Positions 1 to 10,232 of a stretch of DNA of 64,000 nt are shown in pieces. This stretch comes from Candidatus Margulisiibacteriota bacterium (GTDB taxonomy: Bacteria > Margulisbacteria > Marinamargulisbacteria > JBFWNS01). The notes beneath the pieces were generated by a model. The model was given only the letters and a program-made list of their open reading frames with translations. It did not search any database and had not been told where the DNA came from. The position numbers and the translations under genes are program-made. The stretch's first letter is position 1. Each line of letters starts with the position of its first letter. The stretch is taken from assembly GCA_050250935.1 (NCBI GenBank), contig JBFWNS010000005.1:88418-152417 (forward strand), given 5' to 3'.

Positions 1-510
1 AACGGCATAGTCTGATTTTGGTTTTTTGGGTTTTTCTTCAATGGAAATGGCTTTGTTTTGGTCGTTAAACTCAATCACCCCAAACCGTTCTGGGTCTGGA
101 ACACGATAGGCAAACAGGGTGGCCCCTTGGTTTTTTGTGGCGGCTTCTTGCAACATGGTGGAGAACCCTTGTCCATAAAAAATGTTATCGCCTAAAATAA
201 GGGTAACCGGGTCTTGCCCGATAAAGGTTTCGGCCACCAAAAACGCCTGGGCAATGCCTTCTGGCTTTTCTTGAACCGCATAACTGAGCTGCAGCCCCCA
301 TTGGGAGCCATCGCCCAAAAGGTCTTCAAATCGGCTGATATCCTGTGGGGTAGAGATGATTAAAATCTCGCGAATATTGGCCAACATTAATACCGACAAG
401 GGGTAGTAAATCATGGGCTTGTCGTATACAGGCAGCAATTGTTTGGATATGGCTTTGGTGACAGGGTAAAGACGTGTCCCGCTTCCGCCGGCTAAAATAA
501 TACCTTTTCT
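1..510 (-). CDS. rmlA: glucose-1-phosphate thymidylyltransferase, C-terminally truncated by window edge
   Basis: Minus-strand translation from ATG at 508-510 reads [39 protein letters not shown]..., the canonical RmlA/RfbA N-terminus. The reading frame runs off the window start. Confidence 0.9.
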
Positions 511-647
511 CATGGCTCTAGTTTATAGCGAGTGGGTTCTACTCGTAAATACAAGAAAGGTCCTGGTTCAAACCCTTGTCTGGATCCTCTTGGAGGATGG
601 TAGGGTAAACGGTATTATCGGGCTAAATAAACTATTGGAGAAATCAC

Positions 648-1553
648 ATGATGAATACCAATTCTTTTCCTCAAGTCGATGTCTGTGTGGTTGCCTATAA
701 TCAGGCCCCGCTGATTGAATCTTCGATTCAGTCTATTTTGGATCAGGATTACCCCAATTTTCGAATCATTGTTTCAGATGATGATTCTCAGGATGAAACG
801 CCCGCTGTTTTAAAGCGCTTGGCCGAGCTTCATCCCGATAAAATTAAACTGAATTTCAACCCTAAAAATCTGGGTATCACGGGCAATTCAAGTTATGTCT
901 TAAGCCTTGCGACAGCCAACTATGTTGCCTTGCTCGCCGGGGACGATCTGATGAGAAAAGACCGTCTTTCAAAGCAAGTTCACCGTTTGCAACAGCATCC
1001 CCAAGCTGCAGGCTGCATGAGCAGTGTCCTCGTAGAAGATGTGACAACCCAAGAATCGCATGTTGGCCATTTTCCAGATTTTGCATCCGAGGATTTTTTG
1101 AAAATTCTGACCACCTACAATCAAGTCCCCTCTTCTACACTCATGCTTAATCGAACCCAGTGTGGGGATATCCACTATGATCCCAGAACCCCGATTGTGA
1201 GTGATTGGTTATTTGTAAATGAGATTGCGTTTAAGGGCATGGTCTATGTTGATGAGCCTTTAACCATATACCGCAGACATGCTTCCAATACGACACTACA
1301 TGGTGCTGATAAAACCTATCTCGATGATCGCTTAATCGCGGTTGATATCTTATTTTCAAAACTTCAGCGGCATTATTGGAAATTCCGATATGCGCGTTCC
1401 AATGTGTATCTTGGTGTTGCAAATCGGTATTGGCTGACTGGCAAAAAGCGGCAAGGCTTATGGTTTATTGTCTATGCGCTTTTGGAATATCCCTGTAATA
1501 AAAATGTTTATGAGTCCTTTTTGAAGGTGATTCAAAAGCGGTTTCGTGGATAA
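648..1553 (+). CDS. family-2 glycosyltransferase
   Basis: N-terminal GT-A motif (VCVVAYNQAPLIESSIQSILDQDYPNFRIIVSDDDSQDET). RBS GGAG 6 nt upstream. Divergent from rmlA. Confidence 0.85.
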   Translation: MMNTNSFPQVDVCVVAYNQAPLIESSIQSILDQDYPNFRIIVSDDDSQDETPAVLKRLAELHPDKIKLNFNPKNLGITGNSSYVLSLATANYVALLAGDDLMRKDRLSKQVHRLQQHPQAAGCMSSVLVEDVTTQESHVGHFPDFASEDFLKILTTYNQVPSSTLMLNRTQCGDIHYDPRTPIVSDWLFVNEIAFKGMVYVDEPLTIYRRHASNTTLHGADKTYLDDRLIAVDILFSKLQRHYWKFRYARSNVYLGVANRYWLTGKKRQGLWFIVYALLEYPCNKNVYESFLKVIQKRFRG

Positions 1554-1572
1554 CTTTGGGTTTTAGATAAAG

Positions 1573-2499
1573 CTAGAGGTCTAGTTGATAAAAATCGTGC
1601 ACAATGGCACGGCCTCCGAAGCCTTCTTTTTGTTCAACCAGTCCTTGATTAAGCATTTTTCCTTGTTCGGTTGTTGAAATGCCGAAATCGAAATGGTTTT
1701 TTGTGCAGGTTGTGATGAGGTGATCAAAAATCGCATCCAAAGCCCCCAATTCTCGGCCTTGGGGGCTGCTGGCAATATACTGGGCATGCGCAACTGTATT
1801 GGTTTCAAATACAACAACTCCAGCCACCGTTTCTTCCTCTTTTTTTGCACAGACCAGTCGAATGTTTTGGGGGAATCTGCTGTGAAGCAGGGTGATTTCT
1901 TGAAGGGTGTGAACAGGTTTTGTGTCGTGGCGTTCGAGCGCGTCGCTTAGGATTCTCCAGAAAGAATCGAACGGTGTTTCTTCCAAGATATGAATATGGT
2001 TTTGAGTTGCTTTTTTAATGCCCCTTCGTCTGCGTTCTTGATAGGGCAGTCTACGATGGATATCCACGGTTGTAGATAGATCTCTTCGAATCAGCCGCGC
2101 GCCAGCTAGGGTGAGTGCATACAGATCTTCTTGGGAAGGAAGTTGGTGGTAAATAGAGGGCATGGCTTTGTACAGCAGGTGTTTGAAGCCATAGGCTTGG
2201 CCATGGAGTTTGAGTGCTTCAATGATGCCGCAGGCCATCGCCGCTGTGACTTTTGAGCTCATCAGGAGGCCTCCAAAGGACAGTCCTTGATGCGAATAAA
2301 GGCCGTGGTCTTGTTCGTTGGCAGGGAAAAGGGCAACCAACTCGTCCCGATGGTACACCAATAGAGAATGATCGTTGAATCGATCCGAATGGTAATCCAT
2401 ATACGCTCGATTAAAGAAAAAATGTGGGTTTTTAACGGTGGTTAAAAAGTCATCCCAAAGGTTTTTCTGATCGGGTTGGTAACGAATAAGCTTAATCAT
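1573..2499 (-). CDS. FemAB/GNAT-fold acyltransferase-like protein (polysaccharide modification?)
   Basis: 308-aa ORF overlapping the downstream gene by 8 nt. Composition and length fit FemAB-like families. I cannot assign a precise family by eye. Confidence 0.4.
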   Translation of the reverse strand: MIKLIRYQPDQKNLWDDFLTTVKNPHFFFNRAYMDYHSDRFNDHSLLVYHRDELVALFPANEQDHGLYSHQGLSFGGLLMSSKVTAAMACGIIEALKLHGQAYGFKHLLYKAMPSIYHQLPSQEDLYALTLAGARLIRRDLSTTVDIHRRLPYQERRRRGIKKATQNHIHILEETPFDSFWRILSDALERHDTKPVHTLQEITLLHSRFPQNIRLVCAKKEEETVAGVVVFETNTVAHAQYIASSPQGRELGALDAIFDHLITTCTKNHFDFGISTTEQGKMLNQGLVEQKEGFGGRAIVHDFYQLDL

Positions 2500-3412
2500 C
2501 TGGGCACAGCTCCGCGTAACCTACCCCTGTTTTTCCGTACTGATTGCCATTGTAAAATAAATAGTGTTTGTTTTTGTGGGAAAACGGAATCCCGTAGCAG
2601 ATCATGTCCGAGTCCCACCCAGAAGCCGAGGTCTCTACGCCAAATTCAGTTGGGCTTTTTGTCCAGTGAATGCCATCTTTGGATTCTGCTTGCCCTAAAC
2701 GGTAATTTTTTGAAAAGTAGCGAATGGAATACACCATTTTGTAGGTGTTGTTCGGTTCTTTTGTGACATAAGGCCTGCCAAATCCGTGAATATCCTCATC
2801 TGTGTCGATGCATAAAACACCGGTTTCTCCCCAGTGAATGCCGTCGGAAGATTCCAAATAGTTGATTTTATAGATTGGCAATGGTTTGCCCTGGTAAGAC
2901 GTCCATTCATTTCCGCCCAGGTACCACATCTTCCAGACATTGTTTTCTTTGAGTACAAAGGGGGCGGTACGAATGTATTTTTCTTGGGGGCTTCGATCCA
3001 AAATAGGCGTTTCTTGGTATTTTTGAAAAGACTGGCCGTTGTCTTGGCTGATGGCGAGTCCGGAGAATAAATAGTAGGGCCTTTTTACACCCAATTGGAA
3101 CCCGACATAATACAAGTAAAGCTGGTTATCCTGCGAAACAATCGAAATGGGGACCACGCCATTCTCGTCAAAGGTGCCGTCCTCGCCAATATCGAGCAGG
3201 GGGGTTGGGCTGACAGCCAGTACTTCGGAAGGATTTTCGGGGTTTACATCGACATAGCCAATTCTGCTGCGATTTTGAACATCAGCAAAGGCAACATAGA
3301 GTCTTAGAACTTGGTCAGAGAGCAGATGGGGAACTGGTAAAGAGGCGCCGGTAGCGGCCCAATTCGATTCTCCTTTGGCGCAGTATATTAGTCCTTTTTT
3401 TTGCCATTTCAT
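2492..3412 (-). CDS. beta-propeller glycosidase-like protein (GH43/GH130-like fold)
   Basis: 306 aa with repeated W/G/D-rich blades (GIHWGETG, DGIHWTKSP, NNVWKMWYLGG) typical of five-bladed propeller glycosidase-like proteins found in polysaccharide loci. Confidence 0.4.
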   Translation of the reverse strand: MKWQKKGLIYCAKGESNWAATGASLPVPHLLSDQVLRLYVAFADVQNRSRIGYVDVNPENPSEVLAVSPTPLLDIGEDGTFDENGVVPISIVSQDNQLYLYYVGFQLGVKRPYYLFSGLAISQDNGQSFQKYQETPILDRSPQEKYIRTAPFVLKENNVWKMWYLGGNEWTSYQGKPLPIYKINYLESSDGIHWGETGVLCIDTDEDIHGFGRPYVTKEPNNTYKMVYSIRYFSKNYRLGQAESKDGIHWTKSPTEFGVETSASGWDSDMICYGIPFSHKNKHYLFYNGNQYGKTGVGYAELCPDD

Positions 3413-3417
3413 GGGGA

Positions 3418-4083
3418 TTAGACGTTAAACTTTTGGGTGGCCGATACGGCGGCTGCTTGGCCGGGGATGCCCTTATAAATCTTGTTCGGTTCCGTGTTTT
3501 TATGAATAGCCGTTCCCATTGCAATAAAATTATCTTGGGCAATGGCGACTTCATCGGCCACCGCAGTATTCACCCCCATAAAAGTGAACGCCCCTATTTT
3601 ACAAAAACCTGATATCACAACGTGTGATGAAATAAAACAATGGTCTTCGATGAGGGTCTGATGACCGATGTGATTCCCGCTCCACAAAATGACATTGTTT
3701 CCAATTTTGACAAAAGGTTGCAGCGTATTGTGTTCAAAGACAAAGCAATTTTCGCCCAATTCGACATTGTGCCATTTAAACGCTCGCGAGCTCACATAGG
3801 ATGCGCAGGTGTAGCCCCAAGATTTTACAAGGTCAAATAACCGGGCTCGAACACGGTTCAGTTTTACGAAGGAAACCGCCACGAAGATGTGATAATCGGA
3901 GGGCGAAAATTGGCTGGAAAGTGTTTCTAAATCCAAGAGGGGTTTATCGAGAAAGGAATCCCCTTTTTTAAAGTCGGCTTCTACGGCAAAAGCAACCACT
4001 TCGTACTGGGAATCATGGGTGAAGTACTCATAGGCAATCATCGCAAATTCACCCGCGCCTACAATGATCAATTGTGTTGACAT
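3418..4083 (-). CDS. sugar N-acetyltransferase, left-handed beta-helix (NeuD/PglD/FdtC-like)
   Basis: N-terminal Rossmann-like MSTQLIIVGAGEFA motif plus C-terminal hexapeptide repeats (IGNNVILWSGNHIGHQTLIEDHCFISSHVVISG...). Confidence 0.8.
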   Translation of the reverse strand: MSTQLIIVGAGEFAMIAYEYFTHDSQYEVVAFAVEADFKKGDSFLDKPLLDLETLSSQFSPSDYHIFVAVSFVKLNRVRARLFDLVKSWGYTCASYVSSRAFKWHNVELGENCFVFEHNTLQPFVKIGNNVILWSGNHIGHQTLIEDHCFISSHVVISGFCKIGAFTFMGVNTAVADEVAIAQDNFIAMGTAIHKNTEPNKIYKGIPGQAAAVSATQKFNV

Positions 4084-4159
4084 AATTTGAAGTTAAGATC
4101 ATGGGTCTGATTTGTCAAATTTGATTTATTCGAGGCTTTTGTATACCTTTGGTCTATTC

Positions 4160-5251
4160 ATGCCTCTTATTCCTTTTTTAGATTTAAAAGCCCCCTATGT
4201 TGAGTGCAAAGCTGATTTTGATGCGGCTTACCAGCGAGTCATGCATTCTGGACACTATGTGTTGGGGCCGGAACTCGAGGCCTTTGAAGCCGAGTTTGCG
4301 GCCTATTGTGGGGTTTCCTACGCCGTTGGTGTAGGCAATGGCTTGGAAGCGCTGGAGCTGTTGCTGACAGCTTATGGCATTGGGCCTGGTGACGAGGTGA
4401 TTGTTCCTTCAAATACCTACATTGCAACCTGGCTGGCGGTCAGTAGCCGAGGCGCTGTACCCGTTCCGGTAGAACCTGGGCCGGATTATAACCTTGATCC
4501 AACCCGAATTGTTGGCGCAATTACGGCCAAAACCAAAGCAATTATCCCCGTGCATTTGTATGGTTTGCCGGCCGATATGGAGGCCATTATGGCCATTGCC
4601 AAAAAGCATGATTTGATTGTGATTGAAGATGCGGCTCAGGCGCATGGGGCGCTGTATAAAGGGCGAAAAACAGGGTCCTTGGGACACGCCGCTGGGTTTA
4701 GTTTTTACCCTGGTAAAAATTTGGGGGCATTTGGGGATGCTGGCGCCATCACAACCCAGGATTCGGCTATTGCGGCTAAGGTTAAGCTCCTGCGCAATTA
4801 CGGGTCTCAAACAAAATATTACAACGAGGTTCAAGGTGTGAATGCCAGATTGGATGAACTTCAAGCAGCCTTTTTGCGGGTGAAGTTGGCTCGTCTCGAT
4901 GCATGGAATGGCCGCAGAAAAAGAATGGCGCAGATCTATCAAGAACAGCTTGCCAATGCGCCGTTGGTCTTGCCGAAACATCAGGCTTGGGCCGAATCGG
5001 CCTGGCATTTGTTTGTGATTCAAGTGGACAATCGAGACCAGGTTCAGGATCGTTTGGCAGCGCGTGGCATTCAAACCCTGGTTCATTATCCAGTTCCGCC
5101 TCATCATCAACGGGCTTATCCCGAGTTTGCGTCTTGGTCTTTGCCTCTTTCAGAGGCACTACACCGGCGGGTGCTAAGTTTGCCCATGGGCCCTCATGTG
5201 TCGCCTGAAAATGTCACTCAGGTTGCCCAGGTGTTGACCGAGGTTTTATGA
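4160..5251 (+). CDS. DegT/DnrJ/EryC1-family sugar aminotransferase (FdtB/QdtB/WecE-like)
   Basis: Motifs [45 protein letters not shown]. The ORF track starts at 4112. The conserved [10 protein letters not shown] start at 4160 is more likely. Confidence 0.85.
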   Translation: MPLIPFLDLKAPYVECKADFDAAYQRVMHSGHYVLGPELEAFEAEFAAYCGVSYAVGVGNGLEALELLLTAYGIGPGDEVIVPSNTYIATWLAVSSRGAVPVPVEPGPDYNLDPTRIVGAITAKTKAIIPVHLYGLPADMEAIMAIAKKHDLIVIEDAAQAHGALYKGRKTGSLGHAAGFSFYPGKNLGAFGDAGAITTQDSAIAAKVKLLRNYGSQTKYYNEVQGVNARLDELQAAFLRVKLARLDAWNGRRKRMAQIYQEQLANAPLVLPKHQAWAESAWHLFVIQVDNRDQVQDRLAARGIQTLVHYPVPPHHQRAYPEFASWSLPLSEALHRRVLSLPMGPHVSPENVTQVAQVLTEVL

Positions 5252-6495
5252 ACTTTTGGAAAACCTCGTTTTGGGCTGTTTTGGCAGCAATGGCTCGATT
5301 GGCTGCTCAGTTTGTGGTGGCCAAATTAATTGCGGTGTTTGGTACGCCGGCCACCTTTGGGATTATCGGGCAATTTCAGTCGTTTGTGAGTTTGGTTCAG
5401 GTTGGCGCTGGCGGGGTCATTTGTAGTGGCATTACCAAATATGCTGCTGAATACCATGCCGAACCGGAGCGTTTAACAGAACTGTCTCGAACCGCTTTCA
5501 AATTTGGACTCTATGCTTCTGGAGCGGTGGGGCTGGTGATTGTGGTGTTCGCTAAACCGTTGTCTATGTGGGTATTTCAGTCGGACCAGTATTGGCTGGT
5601 GTTGGCCGTGTTTGGGCTGACCGTGTTTGGCTATACCCTGAACCAAATGGTGTTGTCGCTTCTAAATGGCCTGAATGAGATGAAAAAATATGCCTCTTTG
5701 GCCTTGGTTGGGGCGGTTTTATCTGTGGTATTGATTGCAACATTTGGCTATGTTTACTCTACAAAAGGGGTGTTGCTGGCTTTTAGTTTGTCCCAGCTAA
5801 TATTGTTGGGTGTTGCGATTTTCTTTATGAGGCGATTGTCTTTTTCGGCCCGATTTTGGCGGCAACCTTTGAATGCCCCTTTGCTTAAAAAGCTTTTAAT
5901 TTTCTCGTTGATGAGTTTGGCTTCAATTCTTGCTGCCCCTTCGGCTCAGCTGTTGTTACGCAATTATGTGGCGACTTATAGCTCTTGGGAAGTGGTTGGA
6001 TATTGGCAGGCAATGACCCGCATTTCAGATGGGTATTTGATGTTGATTACTATGGTGATTTCAACCTATGCCCTGCCCCAATATGCCCGGATTTCGGACA
6101 AACAGGTTTTGTGCGCCGAGGTTCTCTATTTACTCAAACGGTTGGTGCCGATTGTAGCTGTGTGCGCAGTGTTGATTTTTTTAGTTCGAAAGTGGGTAAT
6201 TTTAACCTTGTTTTCGGCTCAATTTTTAACCATTCAAAATCTCTTTTTATTTCAACTATTGGGGGATGTATTTAAAATTGCCAGCTGGGTGATTGCCAAT
6301 GTATTGGTTGCTCACGCTCAAATTAAAACGTTTATTGTGTTGGAATTGTCTGGGATTTTAAGTTTTATGGCATTGAGTATGGTGTTTTTTCGATACTTTG
6401 GGTTGCCAGGGTTGCCAATGGCCTTTTGTTTGAACTATTTCTGTTTTTTTTCGGTCACGGCAATTTGGTTTTGGTTTTATGTAAAAAAAGGCTAA
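5248..6495 (+). CDS. wzx: polysaccharide flippase (Wzx/MOP family)
   Basis: 415 aa, about 12 predicted TM helices. ATGA overlap with the upstream aminotransferase. Confidence 0.75.
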   Translation: MNFWKTSFWAVLAAMARLAAQFVVAKLIAVFGTPATFGIIGQFQSFVSLVQVGAGGVICSGITKYAAEYHAEPERLTELSRTAFKFGLYASGAVGLVIVVFAKPLSMWVFQSDQYWLVLAVFGLTVFGYTLNQMVLSLLNGLNEMKKYASLALVGAVLSVVLIATFGYVYSTKGVLLAFSLSQLILLGVAIFFMRRLSFSARFWRQPLNAPLLKKLLIFSLMSLASILAAPSAQLLLRNYVATYSSWEVVGYWQAMTRISDGYLMLITMVISTYALPQYARISDKQVLCAEVLYLLKRLVPIVAVCAVLIFLVRKWVILTLFSAQFLTIQNLFLFQLLGDVFKIASWVIANVLVAHAQIKTFIVLELSGILSFMALSMVFFRYFGLPGLPMAFCLNYFCFFSVTAIWFWFYVKKG

Positions 6496-6917
6496 CTTGG
6501 GTGCTTTGAGGTGCACACAATCCCTTTGAATGCGAGAAAGGTGTCATAATCGCGAATGTAGTCTTCTTCGATATAGGGTTGGGAGGCCAAGACCATCAAA
6601 ATACAGTCTGGGCTGAAGTGGTGCATTTCTCGCCATATTCCTGGGGTAATCAGAAGGCCTACATAGGGTTGGTTTAATTCAAAAGATCCTTTTTGGGTGC
6701 CATCGTCCAACAAAAATTGACAAGAGCCCTTTAAGCAGACTACTAGTTGTTGAAGCTTTTTGTGGGCATGAAATCCTCGGCTGATTCCTTGTTGCGTGTT
6801 AAAAATGGTATAGACCCGTTTAATATCGAAAGGGACCGTATCGGACTCTAAAGCTATTAACTGGCCACTGTCGTCGCCATGAAGCGGTAGATGAATCAGG
6901 CGTCCAAGTTGTTGCAT
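6492..6917 (-). CDS. fdtA: dTDP-4-dehydro-6-deoxyhexose 3,4-ketoisomerase (WxcM/FdtA cupin)
   Basis: 141-aa cupin with the FdtA/QdtA-like segment FDIKRVYTIFNTQQGISRGFHAHKKLQQLVVCLKGSC. Confidence 0.6.
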   Translation of the reverse strand: MQQLGRLIHLPLHGDDSGQLIALESDTVPFDIKRVYTIFNTQQGISRGFHAHKKLQQLVVCLKGSCQFLLDDGTQKGSFELNQPYVGLLITPGIWREMHHFSPDCILMVLASQPYIEEDYIRDYDTFLAFKGIVCTSKHPS

Positions 6918-6928
6918 GGGGCCCCTTT

Positions 6929-8239
6929 TTATTGTCCTACACCGTAATAGGTGAATCCCTTTTGGGTTAAGACGCTTCTTTTGTAAATGTTTCGGGTGTC
7001 AAAAACGATGGGGGAATTTTGTGTGGTTTTAATCAGATCAAAATCCAATTCCTTAAATTCGTTCCAATCGGTTAGCAAGACAAACAAATCGGCGTTTTGC
7101 AGGGCTTCATAGGGGTTTTGGGTGTAGGTTAGGGTAGGGTAAAGGGCTTTGAAATGGGGCATGGCTTCGGGGTCGTAACATTGGATGGTGGCCCCGAGTT
7201 TTAAAAGACCTTCGACTATCGTAAGGGCCGAAGATTCTCGGATATCATCGGTGTTGGCTTTAAAGGCCAGTCCCAAAATGCCGATGGTTTTGCCTGAAAC
7301 CGAACCCAGGATGGTGGTGATTTTGTTCAAAACCCATTGTTTTTGTTCGTCGTTAACTGTTTGGGCTGCCGAAACAATTTTAAGATCCACACCATGGGCT
7401 TGGCCGACTTGAAGCAGGGCTTGAGTGTCTTTGGGAAAGCAAGAGCCCCCATAGCCTGGGCCTGGATTCAAGAAAAACTTCCCAATTCTGTGGTCTAGGC
7501 CCATGCCTTTTGAAATGTCATGAACGTTTGCGCCCACCGCTTCGCTGAGTCTGGCCATGTCGTTGATAAAGGAAATTTTGGTGGCCAAAAAGGCGTTGGC
7601 GGCATATTTAATCAGTTCGGCGCTTTCTAGGCTGGTTTTGAGAATGGGCACATCGTGATGGTCCAAGGGTTTATACAGCGCTTCGATCTCGGCCAAGGCC
7701 TCGTCGGAAGTTCCCCCAAGCACCACACGATCGGGCTCAAAAAAATCATCCAGTGCGCAGCCTTCTCGCAAAAATTCTGGATTCGAGATCACTGCAAAGT
7801 GGGTTTGGGGAACCCCAGCGTTTAGTAGCTGGGTTTGAATGCGTTTACACGTGCCCACCGGAACCGTGCTTTTATTCACCACAATGGTTCGGGTAGATTT
7901 GGTTTTGATGGCTGTGGCAATGGTGTCCACGGCCTGAAACAAATAGGTTAAGTTGGCACTACCATCGGGGTTGGGTGGGGTTCCCACAGCGGTGAACACA
8001 ATGTCGGCGTTTGGTAGTTCGGATGCCAAATCGGTCGAGAAACGCAGGCGTTTGGCTTCGAGGTTTTTTACAATTAAAGCTTCTAGTCCAGGTTCAAAAA
8101 TGGGGGATTTTCCGGTTTTGAGCAGGGCAATTTTGTCGGGGTTAATGTCCAAACCGATCACGTGGTGACCAAAATCGGCCAAACACGTGGCCGTGACCAA
8201 GCCGACATAGCCGGTTCCTAAAACGGCAATGGTTTTCAT
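6929..8239 (-). CDS. ugd: UDP-glucose/UDP-sugar 6-dehydrogenase
   Basis: MKTIAVLGTGYVGLVTATCLADFGHHVIGLDINPDKIALLKTGKSPIFEPGLEAL and catalytic GGSCFPKD. Confidence 0.9.
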   Translation of the reverse strand: MKTIAVLGTGYVGLVTATCLADFGHHVIGLDINPDKIALLKTGKSPIFEPGLEALIVKNLEAKRLRFSTDLASELPNADIVFTAVGTPPNPDGSANLTYLFQAVDTIATAIKTKSTRTIVVNKSTVPVGTCKRIQTQLLNAGVPQTHFAVISNPEFLREGCALDDFFEPDRVVLGGTSDEALAEIEALYKPLDHHDVPILKTSLESAELIKYAANAFLATKISFINDMARLSEAVGANVHDISKGMGLDHRIGKFFLNPGPGYGGSCFPKDTQALLQVGQAHGVDLKIVSAAQTVNDEQKQWVLNKITTILGSVSGKTIGILGLAFKANTDDIRESSALTIVEGLLKLGATIQCYDPEAMPHFKALYPTLTYTQNPYEALQNADLFVLLTDWNEFKELDFDLIKTTQNSPIVFDTRNIYKRSVLTQKGFTYYGVGQ

Positions 8240-9117
8240 GAAATGAGCTCCAAGGTTATTTTTCCGTCTTCAAGGGTGGCCAAATCGGTGGGTGTTTCGG
8301 GGTTTTCGCACAAGCCCAGAAAGGCCGCCAATTCTAGCCGAAGGGCTTCGCCTTTTTTGACATATTTGGATTGTACGGTATGCCCGTTGTGATGGGGCTC
8401 GGAAAAGGTCAGTTCTTGGGTTAACAGGTCAGCTTGATACAACCCGTTTTCCGTAAACACCTCGACCAGTCGCCGACGCATGGGGCTATGCCAATGGGTT
8501 TGAATCAGGCCAGAAATGCCAGACTGGGTTTTGAGTACCAACGTGGCATAGTCTTCCTGGGTGGCATGGACCCACTGCTGTTTTGAAATGGCAATTTCAG
8601 AAATCGTACTGCCTAAAAAGCGAATCAGATCCAAATCGTGGACGGCCAAATCGGCCAAAATGCCCACATCTTGAATCCGTGCTGGAAAAGGGCTAAGGCG
8701 TTGAATATGAATGGCCCGAATGGTTGTGCCATGCAGGGCGTGTTTGAGGGCTTGAATAGCAGGGTTAAACCGTTCGACATGTCCCACGACCAAGGGGGTT
8801 TTGTGGGTGTTGCGAAGCTCGATCAGGGATTGGGCTTCTGTGGGGGTGGTGGCAACGGGTTTTTCGATCAGAGTGGGAATGCCTTGCTCGATAAAAGATC
8901 TTGCCACGGCATAGTGAAATTGAGTGGGAACCGCAACGATGGCGGCATCTACTTTTTCTTGGGCCAATAGGTCCAAATGGGTGGCATACACAGGGCCAGC
9001 AGGGTGGTTTTTGACCAGGGCATCGGCCAGGACAATTCGGATTCCGGGAAACTGACCCAGGACGGTTACGTGGTTTTTCCCCATAACCCCCAGACCCACG
9101 ACGGCGATGGTTTTCAT
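8236..9117 (-). CDS. Gfo/Idh/MocA-family NAD(P)-dependent sugar oxidoreductase
   Basis: The conserved MKTIAVVGLGVMGKNH Rossmann start lies at the internal ATG 9115-9117, in an ATGA overlap with wecB. The longer ORF-track extension is spurious. Confidence 0.8.
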   Translation of the reverse strand: MKTIAVVGLGVMGKNHVTVLGQFPGIRIVLADALVKNHPAGPVYATHLDLLAQEKVDAAIVAVPTQFHYAVARSFIEQGIPTLIEKPVATTPTEAQSLIELRNTHKTPLVVGHVERFNPAIQALKHALHGTTIRAIHIQRLSPFPARIQDVGILADLAVHDLDLIRFLGSTISEIAISKQQWVHATQEDYATLVLKTQSGISGLIQTHWHSPMRRRLVEVFTENGLYQADLLTQELTFSEPHHNGHTVQSKYVKKGEALRLELAAFLGLCENPETPTDLATLEDGKITLELIS

Positions 9118-10232
9118 AGGTGTTCCTTTATCAGGTTTAAAATTTGGGTGCAGGTGGTGCCGTCCCCATAGGGATTCACGGCTGTGGCCATGGCGGCATA
9201 GGCTGCAGAATCGGTCAGCAAACGGGTGGCTTCGGCCACAATCTGGGTCGGATTGGTGCCAATCAGTTTGGCGGTTCCGGCGTCGATCCCTTCGGTACGT
9301 TCGGTTACGGTTCGGGTGACGAGCACGGGTTTTCCCAAGGCTGGGGCTTCTTCTTGAATGCCCCCGGAATCTGTAATGACCAGCTGACAGGCGTTTAACA
9401 ACCACAACAGGTGGGGATACGGCAGGGGATCAATCAGATGAATGCGCGTGTGATTCCCCAATATCCGAAAAACAGGTTCCTGAACATTGGGATTCAAATG
9501 AACCGGATAGACAATGCTTGTGTTTTCAAGGGTGTCAGCCAGGGTTTTTAGAGCCAAACAAAACTCTTCGAAGGGTTTTCCGAAGCTTTCCCTGCGGTGG
9601 CCGGTGACCAAGATTATTTTTTGGGAAAAGTCGATGTTTTGTTGGGCAAAAAAGCTGGCATACTGGGACTCGTTTTGCTTGATTTTTTCGAGACCCAAAA
9701 ACAAGGCATCGATCACCGTATTGCCGACAACCCATACGTCTTTATGGATGTTTTCACAGGCCAAGTTGGCTTTGGCTTTTGGGGTTGGGGCAAAGTGGAA
9801 ATCCGCCAAATGACCGGCCATAATCCGGTTGATTTCTTCTGGAAACGGCGACTGTTTTTGACCACTGCGAAGGCCAGCTTCCACATGAGCTACTTTGGTT
9901 TGGGTGTAAAATCCAGCCAAGGCCCCAATAAAGGCCGTGGTGGTGTCGCCTTGAACCACCAGCAAATCTGGTTTTGCAGTTGCAATGACGGCTTGAAGCC
10001 CTTTAAGCCCTTCGGCTGTAATGTCGAATAGGGTTTGATTGGGTTTCATCAGGTTCAAATCGAAGTCTGGGACAATGCCAAAAAAGGCCAGCACCTGGTC
10101 CAACATTTCCCTGTGTTGGCCGGTTACACACACCTGTGTCACAAAGTGGGGATCTTCTTTGAAGCGCAGGACCAAAGGGGCTAGCTTGATGGCTTCTGGG
10201 CGTGTTCCAAAAACAAACAGCGCCGATTTCAT
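9114..10232 (-). CDS. wecB: UDP-N-acetylglucosamine 2-epimerase (non-hydrolysing)
   Basis: FGTRPEAIKLAPLV, GDTTTAFIGALAGFY, HVEAGLRS, PFPEEINR motifs. Confidence 0.95.
   Translation of the reverse strand: MKSALFVFGTRPEAIKLAPLVLRFKEDPHFVTQVCVTGQHREMLDQVLAFFGIVPDFDLNLMKPNQTLFDITAEGLKGLQAVIATAKPDLLVVQGDTTTAFIGALAGFYTQTKVAHVEAGLRSGQKQSPFPEEINRIMAGHLADFHFAPTPKAKANLACENIHKDVWVVGNTVIDALFLGLEKIKQNESQYASFFAQQNIDFSQKIILVTGHRRESFGKPFEEFCLALKTLADTLENTSIVYPVHLNPNVQEPVFRILGNHTRIHLIDPLPYPHLLWLLNACQLVITDSGGIQEEAPALGKPVLVTRTVTERTEGIDAGTAKLIGTNPTQIVAEATRLLTDSAAYAAMATAVNPYGDGTTCTQILNLIKEHL

Noticed and set aside
580-605. ops/JUMPstart-like element (ggatggtag) in the rmlA-GT2 divergent promoter region
   Set aside because: It does not match the GGCGGTAG ops consensus.
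9118-9405. Arg-rich 96-aa N-terminal extension of the Gfo/Idh/MocA ORF
   Set aside because: It overlaps the 3' end of wecB on the same strand in another frame. The conserved Rossmann start MKTIAVVG lies at the internal ATG with an ATGA junction, so the extension is not coding.
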